Positions 49,381 through 61,482 of a DNA stretch of 64,000 bases are shown in pieces. The stretch lies in assembly GCF_963921235.1 (NCBI RefSeq), contig NC_086097.1:173478001-173542000 (forward strand), read 5' to 3'. A program made the translations under genes and the position numbers. Source of the DNA: Mobula hypostoma. Its lineage: Eukaryota. Below the pieces are notes generated by a model. That model saw only the letters and a program-made list of their open reading frames with translations, made no database searches and was not told the origin of the DNA. Numbering within the stretch: the first letter of the stretch is position 1; every line of letters begins with the position of its first letter.

Positions 49381-50397
49381 GATATCACTATCACTCAGCT
49401 GACTTATCCCCATTGTCTCACCAATGGATAGCGCTATTCAAAATACAGTTGACTCTGTTCCTAGTCAGGAGCTCTCCCAGAGATTGATTTTTGTATATAA
49501 AATGTAACTGCTGTATTTGCCTACAAAACTACACTAAATATTTCACTACTTCTAGAGATTCTAAATAGAGTAGCTATTAATTCAATATACAATCCTAGTC
49601 TGTTGGCATTCTCAGCTACATCACAACATTGAGCATGAAACCCAGAAAGGTTTGTGTGAGAAAAGTCTTTGACCATCAGTCAATACAGCAAAAAGGCTGA
49701 TAATGATGTGGTGGGGTAAAAGACCAAATTCTGCGCTATACAACTCTAGGACAGTGCAGAGAGTCTTAAAGCACTTCAGCAAAAGAAGGCAGGTAATTAA
49801 TTTGGATTGTTCCCCTGGAAGACTATTTTAAGTACTTGGCATGATGTCTCATCACCAGAACATTCAAACAAGCACCAAGGCATCGGACAATTAAAGTCAA
49901 AACGCTATGACATACTGCGCTTGATACGGTTGCAGTAGGGATGAAATCACCATTCATCTCCTCATTTTGAAAGTGAAACATTAGTCTTTAATAAAGTTGA
50001 TCTTCAGTAAATTCACACAGGATCCTCAACCCAACAGGCTGTTCCCAGGAGCTCACAGTGAAATATACATCATCTGCTACTGCAAAACCATGAATTCCAT
50101 CTGCTCAAAATTTACTGCTCTTCCTTTGCAAAGAGGTATCTACCAAGTGCCCCAGATTGGCAGCAGCAAAGGTCCGGTACCACGTGCTTGGGAAAGACAT
50201 AGTTTAGCAGATGTGTGGCCACAGTTTATGGCCCTCTTATCATTTCCTACTGAAGGCTGAAACCTGTGAATGCGAAAATCTCTTCAAACTTTTTTTTGGG
50301 AATGCATCCAAAGGAGGTGACTTGTGTCGCACAGATGTAAAGATAACATTGTAAAATAAATGCAATGAGACACCCTAGTACACCTTTTACTGTATTT

Positions 50398-50670
50398 TGT
50401 TTATTTAGAAATACAGCGCAAAAAAGACCCTTCTAGCCCTTTAACCCATGCTGCCCAGCAATGCACTGATTTAACCCTAACCTAATCATAGGACAATTTA
50501 CAGTGACCAATTAATCCACTAACCAGTACATCTTTGGCTCATGGGAAGAAACAGGAGCACCGAAAGAAAACCCACACAGGAAAGACCATATAAACCTGCT
50601 TTTAGAGGACGCCAGAGATGAACTCTGAACTCCGACGCATCACACTAACCACTAAACCATGGCACCCCAT
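50398..50670 (-). mobile_element. V-SINE
   Basis: TCTTTGG...GGGAAGAAACAGGAGCACC...AAAACCCACAC (reverse of the V-domain). Confidence 0.7.
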
Positions 50671-53164
50671 AAAGGAATGAACATGATCTGTCTTCTACTG
50701 TGAGTATTTAAATTATATGTTTACAAATGTTATGAATAAAGCATAACTTTGAAGAAAACAGATCATGATACTTGGAAATCCTCTAACTTCATCAAAGTTC
50801 AATAGTAGTAATCACAATGAGGAGATGTTCTGTTAGGTAAATAAGAGGTAATTGTTTCTACTGGCAAGAGTGTCATTCAACAGAGAAGACAGATTTAAGA
50901 TAATGAACAAAGTGAAGAGATGAAGAGATTATTTTGGTTGCAAAGAGCAAATTAGGATTATCTGGAATGCCTGTTTGGAGAGTTCATAAGTATTTTTCAA
51001 CAGAGAATAAAGTAAATTTTGGAAAAAGAATTTAAAGAACAGTGTAGAAAGTAGAATGTCACAAAATTAATTAGAACCAACAAGGCACAATATTCCAAAT
51101 TGCCTTCCTCAGTGAATCAAAATTTCCTTTTACGGCCTTCCCATAAATAGAACTCTGAGGATCAAATTGATGTTCTACTTAGCACAGTGTTCTTGAAACT
51201 TTAACCCGTTTGCATGAAGTATGAGATGCCACACATTTTTCTATAATGCTCCACATTATACATTTCTCAACTATTAGTATCACAGTTTCAGGTTGGCAAT
51301 TTGTTGACAGGGTTTGGTACAGTCATTTGTGACAATTGATTATACTACTTAAATAAGTTGTATGAGTATAAAACTGAATAAGCATGCAATTAGCTTACAA
51401 GAGCAAGCATGCGTACAGATGCTGCTATCAAGCAATCATTAGTATTCGGAAACTGTTTTGTCTATCCACATTTCCTCCTGACTGAATCAATCATCCTACC
51501 GATTACTTCAGAATAATCTATATCTTGGAAACACTAATTTGCTAAATAACTAAGGATTTAAATTAATTATATGAGCAATCACACAAACAACTTTTTATTG
51601 ATCCAGATATCTATCATGCACAGCACTTCTCCACCCAATGACAACATAGAACAAATAAACATATTCACAGTGACAAATGCTGGAAAGAGACTCTTAACAC
51701 TCCCAGGGAGGCAGTCAACCCAATAGACTCCGACCCAGTAGGGGGTAACAAGATCACTTTCCATAAAGAGTCATCTAGTATGTCAATCCTCCCACTCAGC
51801 CCAGCATGATAAAACAGCACACAGACTCCAATGTCTGCCACTGCTTTCAAGAAAATATTCTCCTAGCTCTGATGCCCTGCCATTTTAGGCCCTTACTGGG
51901 TGATTCTTCATAGGTGAAGAAGACAAAGGAGTTTTTTTTTGACATGTCCTTTCATGCAGGAAATAGAAGAAGTGAAAACTGAACTCAAAAAGAATGTGAT
52001 AAGAAAGGTGTTAACATTAGACTTGGCTGTAACCAAAGAATTCTTCCAGCAGTCAAACATAAATCAGCAGTATAATCCAATCATGTGGTTACTGACAACT
52101 TTGAGCCTCTCTGTAGCCTATACCTTTATGCCTGTTCTTTATCAAGCAGGTGACAGGTCCAGACCTTTGACATGATAATAAACTGGAATTAATGTTGCCT
52201 TACTTTATCAGTGAGTGAGAACACCAAAAGATTACTAAAGCTGCTTTTTATGCTGCTCCGTGCTGCAGGTTCCCATTTAAAAGACTTCTTGGTCACTGAT
52301 CTTGTTAAGTTTATTTCATGGTTAGTGCCAGTGAAACATCAGAGCAGCAGACAATGACCTATAGCACTAAGCACTTAACATAACTTTAATTCTGGACACA
52401 AGTAGTTGATGAAATAAAAACAGAATGACTATAAAATGTGGTATATAGCAAACTGTACACTGAGGAGCATAGTCCATGTTCACTATTTTCCTTTCTAAAT
52501 AAAAAACAAGGAGATAATTCAGTAGTACATGAAACATTTTGTACTTTATTATTGCTTTAACAGAAAGCAGCAAAACTATGTCAGATAAAAAGTAAACATG
52601 CACACATTATAAGTTCCGCTTTATTCACAGGCTACATTTCAGGTTAAGTTGATAAATGTGATGTACGCATTATTTACCGACAAACATAAATGTATGCTCC
52701 CTTAATGTTCAAATCATCTTTAAATTTCATTGTCAAATATTGATGTACCTATATCAAGTTGTGAATTCTATGCTATTGTTAAGATTACATATCCTCACTC
52801 TTCTCCACAGCACAACAAGATTTCATTGGGAATTAACCTAATTCAGTACAAAAGACACTATAGAATTCATTATTTTTTCCCTTGCAAATTTCAGTTACTG
52901 TTCAGGATAATGTTATGAAAGCAGATGTGGATACAGAAGCAGGCAACTGTAGAACAGGACCACCAATTGGGATATCAACACATATATATTCATAATATTT
53001 TATAGAAATTAAATTCAGTACATTCAATAATTTGTCAGCCACCCAAGTTACGTTTAATGGAGTCCGAGGGGGAACTATGTGTAAGATAATGAAAATAAAT
53101 CACCTCTACATTTAACTCAAACATTTTTCCTAAAAGTAATCAAGTAACATTAAGTATGAGGAGC

Positions 53165-54190
53165 TGGCCCATTTGTGAATAACGGTAAGGTGCCATATTG
53201 GTTAAAAAACTGTGCCATTAATCCAGAAACAGGAATTCAAATCCCACCAGAGTAACTGGGGAATTTAAATCCAGGTAGTAAAATAAACCTGGAATAAAAG
53301 GCTAGTAATAACAACCATGAAATTACTAAACTGTCATGTAAATTCATCTGGTTCTCTGCCACTCAGTATGACCACAGAGGCCACTTCTGGAGCAGACTTG
53401 GAGCCAGACCAGAGCAGCGGGGCCTGAGTCCGAGAGTGAAAAACAAATCATGGTTTAGCCGATTTAAGTGCCAAACCAGATTAAAAGGATCAAGGTGTCA
53501 AGGTTGAGGGCAAATGAAAAACCAGTGTTCAGCTCACCAATCGGTGAGGCTTACTCGCCTCAGCACTAAACTGAGTCAGCAGCGGTGGCCTGCATCCACC
53601 GGCATTCGTCTCAGCGCTAAACTGCCTCCATCAGCATTTCTCTCAGCGCTAAACTGCCTCCATCAGCATTCATCTCAGCGCTAAACTGCATCCATCGGCA
53701 TTCATCTCAGCGCTAAGCTGGCTCTGTGGCTGCAGCCTACAGCTATCATGCTCTTGGACCAGCTTCACTTGCTCCATGGCTGCGACCTGCAGCCATCGGG
53801 CTTCTGGACTGGCTGCAACACTGAACTAGCTCTGTGGACTCACTTTAGAGCACTCTGCAGTTCATGTTCTGTGTGTTATTTGTTGACCTTTTTATTGTTT
53901 GCAGCATGTTTTTTTCCCCACACATTGGGTGTTTGATGGTCTTTGTTCTGTGAGGTCTTTTAATGGGTTCTATTGCATTTCTTTGTTTTGTGGCTGCCTC
54001 AATAAGACAAATCTCGAAGTCGTATATAGCTCAAAGTGGTATATACATACTTCAAAAAAATAAATGAACTTTGAACTTCAATCCTTACAAGGTCTGGCTC
54101 TAGTCAACCCCTTGTTTGCTATGACCCCTACTCTGTATGGTAGCAGGTACTAATTAGAGATGCCAGTGATGCCGACATCCCATAACAAAA
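53165..54190 (+). mobile_element. tRNA-derived SINE split by a ~700-bp non-autonomous retroelement (~53360-54079) with a Rex-type tail
   Basis: GAATTCAAATCCCACC...GGGGAATTTAAAT; resumes ATCCTTAC..GTCTGGC at 54081; the insert ends AATAAATGAACTTTGAACTT. Confidence 0.6.
53590..53717. repeat. Minisatellite, 4 x 32 bp
   Basis: Units CTGC(A/C)TCCATCAGCATTCATCTCAGCGCTAAA start at 53590, 53622, 53654 and 53686. Confidence 0.95.
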
Positions 54191-56381
54191 TTAGAAAATG
54201 GGTACTGAAGATAGATGGCTTTGTACAAACGCAATTAAAAATTTGTTTGTTCAGACACAACACAGGGTGTGTGTTAATTATGACAGCTTACTGATGACCT
54301 GGAAAGTTGAAAGCAAACCTGTGATATCCCTGCAACACTGGATTCAATAGTTAAAGGCATTATGATACTGATAAGCCTAGTTACCAACATTACTGAATTA
54401 TCTAGACTCCCAACATCATATCTGGTTTCCAGCGACTTTAGCACTTGGAATTGACTGAACTTTCAGTATACCTGTGGCCCTGTCTTGGTCAAAGTGTAAA
54501 AGAGCACAATCGGAATGCAAGAAGGAATTTCAAATGGATTAGAATCTGAATAGAGGCTAATAATTTTTGGCCATAAGGATAGACTGTGGAAGGCACCTGA
54601 CAATTATTTTATTTTACAAACTCTGCTTCTAAAAATAATGCATAATTTTCAAAACTACGACGGTTTCATCCTCACTGTGCTACATGCCAATAATAAATCT
54701 GTTCGAATTTTAATGATCCCTACAATTTCTTACCTGAAGGTCACATACACGTAATAACAAATAATCTAATTTTGTTCTGGTCCTGGATCAGATAAAGTCA
54801 GAAAAACATTTACTCTGCCTGGAGGCTCTGGGTCATCACTATCTTGATAATGCTATAACCTTTTCAATTCATGCAGCTCTTGAGTGTTCAAATAAAAGAT
54901 TGTGCAGAGAACTCCATAGAAGTAGTAGTGTCCGATCACCTAACCATCATGTCCTACAACCTGCAGAGTTTTAATCTGAAGTAATGCTCATTTTGCACCA
55001 CTGCAAAGTTTTTGATTGAATAGTTAACTATGCTTCCTTAAAGGATGTCAATCAAATTCTGTAATTAAAAGTAGTGCATGTCGCCCCTGCCTTTCCAGAG
55101 TTAATCAGCCTGAGGTATGCAATATATATTGCAACAGTGTTGAACTCTCAACCCACAGAAGCATGAATCTCAGATTCCAGTTTCAAGTGTCATTCACATT
55201 TGCTTGCTTTCATTACTTATTGAGTGCATTCATCCTGAAACTTTCGAGTTGGTGTGAAGACATTTGCAATGAACCCAAATAACCAATACTCTGAGAATCC
55301 TGTATGGCATGGGGTAAATGGTAGCAGTTAAGACCGTCAGTAATTTAAATGTTTAAACTTTCAATCCTTTCTGGTGTGCTGTCAAGTTAATTAATATTAT
55401 GGGCAGGAATCTATAACCACTAAAAACTAAATCTGACTGTTATTATAGTACAGCCATCAAATAGCCATGCCTCCTGGACAAATACAATATGGCAGAAGCT
55501 ATGTCTATTCCATATCCAATCCAAAAAGCCAACAGTTTTACATTGGTTTGCAATTATGGGTTTAGAATATTGGAAGATTACCACTCTTACAAAAGTGAGA
55601 ACAAGTAACATATCTGAGATGGAAGTTACTTGGAATTATACTATTCCTTCAAATTCCCAGCAGTTTCTTTCAATTTGTAAATAATATCCATTTTTTTCCT
55701 TTTGCAGTTTTATCCCCATTTTCTTCACTGTTTGGTCTGCTGAAAATATAAATAGCCCTTCTTTTAAACCTTTAGCTCAACCATGTTGATTCCTCATCCA
55801 TATCAACTATCCCTATGTCCCAATGAAGTCCAGCCACCTGCTTTCTTTAATTGTTCTGCGCCACCCAAATATGCCAATGCACTTCTTTGCCATTCTTGCC
55901 CATCTTGCAACCAGATTCCCAACAGACTCTGTTGACCCTTTTAATACACAACGTGGTCAGCTGCTGCCTTTAATAGCCTTTCTGCTATTTTTACTGCAAC
56001 AATGCTACTGTCCATAAGGATCTCATGTCTCTAGTTTTGTAGTGTTGAGCACCCACTCCTATCTGAGCTGTCACAACAGCAAGCAGTGCCCATTACTCAA
56101 CTCCATTAACATTCCACACTAAAAGGACTTTGCCAGTTTTATGAGGAGAAGCCACAGAATACATGATCACCAAATCTGTGGTACTTTATAGGCAAACTCT
56201 AGAACAAAGAATTTGTTACTGGAGTTGATGTGAGGTTTTGAATTGAAATTTCAAGCAATATTTAACTTAGGTTCAAAATAAATTAATTTATGATTAATAT
56301 AAACTCAGCCAATAAAATATAATGAATACAGATCAGTTAGCTGAGAGAAATGGATGCACCCCAGAAGAGTGATGCTGAGAC

Positions 56382-57640
56382 GAATCAGAATCAGGTTTAT
56401 TATCACTGGCATGTGACGTGAAATTTGTTAACTTAGCAGCAGCAGTTCAATGCAATACATAATCTAGCAGAGAGAGAAAATAATAATAAATAAAATAAAA
56501 CATAATAATAAATAAGTAAATCAATTACGTACATTGAACAGATTTTTTTTAATGTGCAAAAACAGAAATTCTAAATAGTAAAAAATGTGAGGTAGTGTCC
56601 AAAGCTTCAATGTCCATTTAGGAATTGGATTGCAAAGGGGAAGAAGCTGTTTCTGAATCGCTGAGTGCGTGCCTTCAGACTTCTGTATCTCCTACCTGAT
56701 GGTAACAGCGAGAAAAAGGCATGCCCTGGGTGCTGGAGGTCCTTAATAATGGACGCTGCCTTTCTCAGACACCGCTCCCTAAAGATGTCCTGGGTACTTT
56801 GTAGGCTAGTACCCAAGATGGAGCTGACTAGATTTACAACCTTCTGCAGCTTTTTTCAGTCTTGTGCAGTAGCCCCCTCCATATCAGACAGTGATGCAGC
56901 CTGTCAGAACACTCTTCACAGTACAACTATAGAAGTTTTTGAGTGTATTTGTTGACATGCCAAATCTCTTCAAACTCCTAATAAAGTATAGCCACTGTCT
57001 TGCCTTCTTTATAACTACATCGATATGTTGGGACCAGGTTAGATCCTCAAAGATCCTGACACCCAGGAACTTGAAGCTGCTCACTCTCTCCACTTCTGAT
57101 CCCTCTATGAGGATTGGTATGTGTTCCTCCGTCTTATCCTTCCTGAAGTCCACAATCAGCTCTTCCGTTTTACTGACGTTGAGTGCCAGGTTGTTTCTGC
57201 GGCACCATTCCATGAGTTGGCATATCTCACTCCTGTACGCCCTCTCATCACCACCTGATATTCTACTAACAATAGTTGTATTGTCAGCAAATTTGTCTAT
57301 CGTATTTGAGCTATGCCTAGCCACAGAGTTATGTACATACAGAGTGTAGAGCAGTGGGCTAAGCACACACCCCTGAGGTGTGTCAGTGTTGATTGTCAGC
57401 GACGAGGATATGTTATCACCAATCCGCACAGACTGTGATCTTCCGGTTAGGAAATCGAGGATCCAATTGCAGAGTGGGGTACAGAGGCCCAGGTTCTGCA
57501 ACTTCTCATTCAGGATTCTGGGAATGATGATAATAAATGCTGAGCTATAGTCAATGAACAGCATCCTGAGGTAGGTGTTTATGTTGTCTAGGGTTCTAAA
57601 GCCATATGGAGAGCTATTGAGATTGCATCTGCCATTGACT
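56382..57640 (-). mobile_element. Rex1/Babar LINE, 5'-truncated, relatively young
   Basis: ORF 56884-57564: [10 protein letters not shown]...[14 protein letters not shown]...KFADNTTIV...[15 protein letters not shown]...[13 protein letters not shown]; (TCTGAT)n tail. Confidence 0.93.
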
Positions 57641-58966
57641 GCCTTAAATTGACAATAAAACTTAAAGATGTCATGCCCCTCAAGTTACATTACACGCAAA
57701 ACAGGTTTGATGGTCAGTAAGCCATCTTGATTGTATTCTAGTTTACACACCATTACCAAAAAATGATTTTACTAACATTATGCAACCAACAAACTGAAAA
57801 TGATTACTAGGAAAATTATTGGTATCAATCGACTTGAATTACAAGAGTTTGATGCAATGAAAATAGCTTTCAATGAATCTCTTTTGCATGAATTTTATGA
57901 AGTTTCTTATCAATTAATGTGCTTATTGATATATGTGTGCAGCACATCAGAAAAGTACAAGAACATGTAATCAAATGGACGTGACTCAAGGACAGATGAT
58001 TAGTATTTAGAAAGGACCAATGCCATTTATTTCTAGCAAACTACAACAGATATACTGACACAGTTGATGGCATGAAATCAGAGTGTTTAGCATATGGAGC
58101 ATATTCCACAATGCTGTCAGAATCTCATTTCAATATGTAACATAAGAATACTATCAATAAAATGAACAGTTGTAATCAAGAAGCAAAACAGTTGCAGATG
58201 CAGGGATTCAGAACAATCATAATTCCTACCGAGTATCCAGTTGTTAGAATACTACTTGAACAACTTGGAAATGCCACAATATTGAAATTGATTTGTTAAC
58301 TTCTGTCACTTACAACTGCTATAAAACTGTTTACCAAATTTCAAACTAAACTGCTGCATTCTATATGAGGCATAAGTCAAAGTTTCCATTTTGAAAGATT
58401 AATATTTAATTGCTCAGTATTTTCTAGGGAAAGGATCTTTAGAGACAACATTAATGAAGAAATTAGAGAAGAGCTTAATTAATGCAAATTCTTCCCAAGA
58501 AAGGAAATTAACAACAACAACTGGAATGCATACACAAAAACACAAATGATTCCCTACTGGACAATTGGAGTTGTCTAGATGTTGCATGGTGTGGCAACAA
58601 TTATAATATTTTTGTACATCTGGAATACAACCCTGGCCCAAACACAAAGAGGAAGAGTGAGGAATTTGATATGGGGTAGGGAATGAGTGGGGATCCATGA
58701 GGTAGCTGAGACATATTAAATGGGAAGGGTTGTTAAGGTGGGGCGAGTGGAACGATTAGTGACGACTTAGTGGTTGGGGAAACTAAGATATGAAAAGGAG
58801 GGGAGCAGAGGAAATCTTCATTTCAAAATACCCAACATGCTAATAATAGTCAGCTGAAAGTGAAGCCACAATATTGTTTTTCCAGTGATCAGAAATAAAT
58901 CTATCGGGCATCAGAAGTTTATAGCAGTCAGCTTACACCACCTTTATGTGATAAACAAAACTAATC

Positions 58967-59135
58967 AACACACACATAACGCTAGAGGAACTCCTCAGAT
59001 CAGGCTGTATCAATGGAGAGGAATGGACAGTCAACATTTATTCGTCTCCTTGGATGCTCCTTGACCTGCTAAGTTCCTCCAGCATTTTGTGTGTGTGATG
59101 CTGGATTTCCAGAATCTGCAACACCTCTTGTGTTG
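58967..59135. mobile_element. Inverted pair of Penelope terminal modules
   Basis: ACACACACATAACGCTAGAGGAACT...TCAGG versus TGACCTGCTAAGTTCCTCCAGCATTTTGTGTGTGT. Confidence 0.7.
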
Positions 59136-59344
59136 ATAAATTTGACTACTGTGTAATCAATTTAATTATATTTTAAGTTAATATAGACAAATTCTTAAAA
59201 TGAAAAAGAACAGATTGTGACAATTTGTTTGGTCTATTAAAGGATGTCATTAAAAAGAACCAGAATTCAAAATGAAGGAAAAATTCCCAAGCTTCAGTAT
59301 ATGTCCTATTAATTAATACACAAAATACTATTAAAACAATTAAG

Positions 59345-60112
59345 TTTAATGCTCAAACTAAATTTATTATCGAAGTACATGTATGTCACTATATCCAACC
59401 CTGAGATTCATTATCTTCCAGGCATGCTCAGAAAATCCAAGAAACACTACAGAACATAGAACAGTACAGCACAGCAGCAGGCCACTCCGACCACAATGTT
59501 GTGCTGAATCAGCTGAAAAGCAAACCAAAAGCACCCAAACACTAATCTTTCCTACCTTCACCATGTCCATATCCCTCCATCTTCCTTACATTCATGTGCC
59601 TATCCATATATCTCTTAAAAGGCATCCACAACTCTGAGTTAAAAACTTACTCCTCACAACCCCTCTCACCTTCAAAGCATGACACCTAGTATTACAGATT
59701 ACAACCCTGGGAAAAAGATACTCTCTGTCCGTTCTGTCGATGCCTCTCATAACCTCGTAAACCTCTATCACATCTCAATGTAAGAATCAATGAAAGACCA
59801 CACCCAACAGGATGGACAAAAACTAATGTGCAAAAGACAACAAAATGGCAAATACAAAAGAAAAATATAATTAACTAACTACAAACAAACAAATCAAGCA
59901 AGCAATAAGTATCGAGAACATTAGATGAAGAGACCTTGAAAGAAAATCTATAGTTGTGGGAACAGTTCAGTAATGAGGCAAGTGAAGTTATCCCCTCTGA
60001 TTTAAGAGCCTGATGGATGATGGCGTAATAACTGTTCCTGAACCCTGGAAGTGTAGGTCCTGAGGCTCTTGTACCACCTTCTTGATGGCAGCAGCGAAAA
60101 GGAAGCAGGGCC
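59345..60112 (-). mobile_element. Rex1/Babar 3' end with a nested CR1 3' tail (~59450-59775)
   Basis: AAATTTATTATCGAAGTAC tail; AGAACATAGAACAGTACAGC CR1 tail; GFRNSYY motif. Confidence 0.7.
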
Positions 60113-60699
60113 TGTGTGACAAACAGCACTCAGTGAACGCACCCCTTACACACATGCATTCACACATACACAAACATTGCCTTGTCATTCTGGTGACTGT
60201 ACACACTTCAATGTCTTCCCTGATCTACTCTCATAATTAACCCAATACTCCACACGACACTCCCCCCCCCCACCCCCACTTGCATTGCTGCACACATTCA
60301 GAGTCAGACACTGAAGTTTAGCTTAACTTCATTCTTTATTTCTACTTGAACTCTATGTGTGCGATTGTGTTGAGTGTTCCGCTGTAACATGCTGTTGTCT
60401 CCCCGCAGTTCCGTGGCATCCACTGGGTCCTAAACTGAACTAATGCACCTGAGTTGGCTTTATGGCACCTTTCCTTCCATACACAGTGGAATACTCTATT
60501 TCTTTAGTAATAGGGATATGTAAATCTGTATATGTTGTTTGTATACAGCATTTAAAGTAAATACTTCTGTTCAGTTTGTAATATGATTGCAATTACATTG
60601 TGGGGTGCATCATATTCTAATTCATGTGTAGTCCTAAGTTAACTTTATTGGTAATTAAAGATGGTATGTGTAGTGGGGCAAGGATACATCAATACCAAA

Positions 60700-60995
60700 G
60701 GAGGTGCAACTTCCCTCTGCTAGCCTCTATAATTACCCTTGGGCAAGGTGTAGCACCTGACTAGCACCCTGATCAGGCTCATGTGAAGCCATGGGAGCAG
60801 GTGGTGGATGGTCATATGAGCAGCTGGTACATATTACAAGTCCTGGTTATGCGACCACTGAAGCCAGGCAGATAATCTCGTAAGAGTATTGATGATGGCT
60901 GGGTCACATGTCTTGTAAAGTACTGCCCAGGGGAAGGCAACGGCAAGCCACTTATGTAGAAAAAATTGCCAGAAACAATCATGGTCATGGAGACT
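60700..60995 (+). mobile_element. SINE with an RTE-type 3' segment (family of 1845-2185)
   Basis: GGAAGGCAACGGCAAGCCACTT...AACAATCATGGTC. Confidence 0.65.
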
Positions 60996-61189
60996 TCCAG
61001 AAGTTCACACAAGGCAAGAGTAAGTACAGGGCTATTTTGTGTTTCTTGTAGATAGCTTCTCGTAAATATTGGCATTTTATCACTATTTTCACAAACATTT
61101 GTTTGTTTTTTGATGCACCTAATAAACACTCTTGCACTAAAGTTACTTTGGTAAAATTAAAGGTCACAGCCCATATTTTTAACAGCTTA

Positions 61190-61482
61190 GATGGTGGGGG
61201 TCCTTGATGATTGATGCTGCTTTCCTGCTCCATGTAGATGTACTTTGTAGGAGGACTGAGCCATATCCACTCAGTCTTCTATTCAAAGGCATTGGTGTTT
61301 CCATACCAGGCTGTAATGCAACCAGTCAATATACTCAAACTGCTCTCCACTACATAGAAGTATTTCAAAGTTTTAATTGGTACTTCAAAGTTCAAAGTAA
61401 ATTTATGGTCAAAGTAATTCGGTATATGTCACCAGAAACAACCCTAAGATTCCTTTTCTTACCGGCATACACAGTAAATCCA
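61190..61482 (-). mobile_element. Rex1/Babar fragments
   Basis: GGGGTCCTTGATGATTGATGCTGC; TTCAAAGTTCAAAGTAAATTTAT tail. Confidence 0.6.

Noticed and set aside
53590..53717. CRISPR-like 32-bp repeats
   Set aside because: Contiguous tandem units with no spacers, no cas genes, eukaryotic context
60113..60688. Possible solo LTR (TG...CA)
   Set aside because: No TSD, PBS or PPT could be verified
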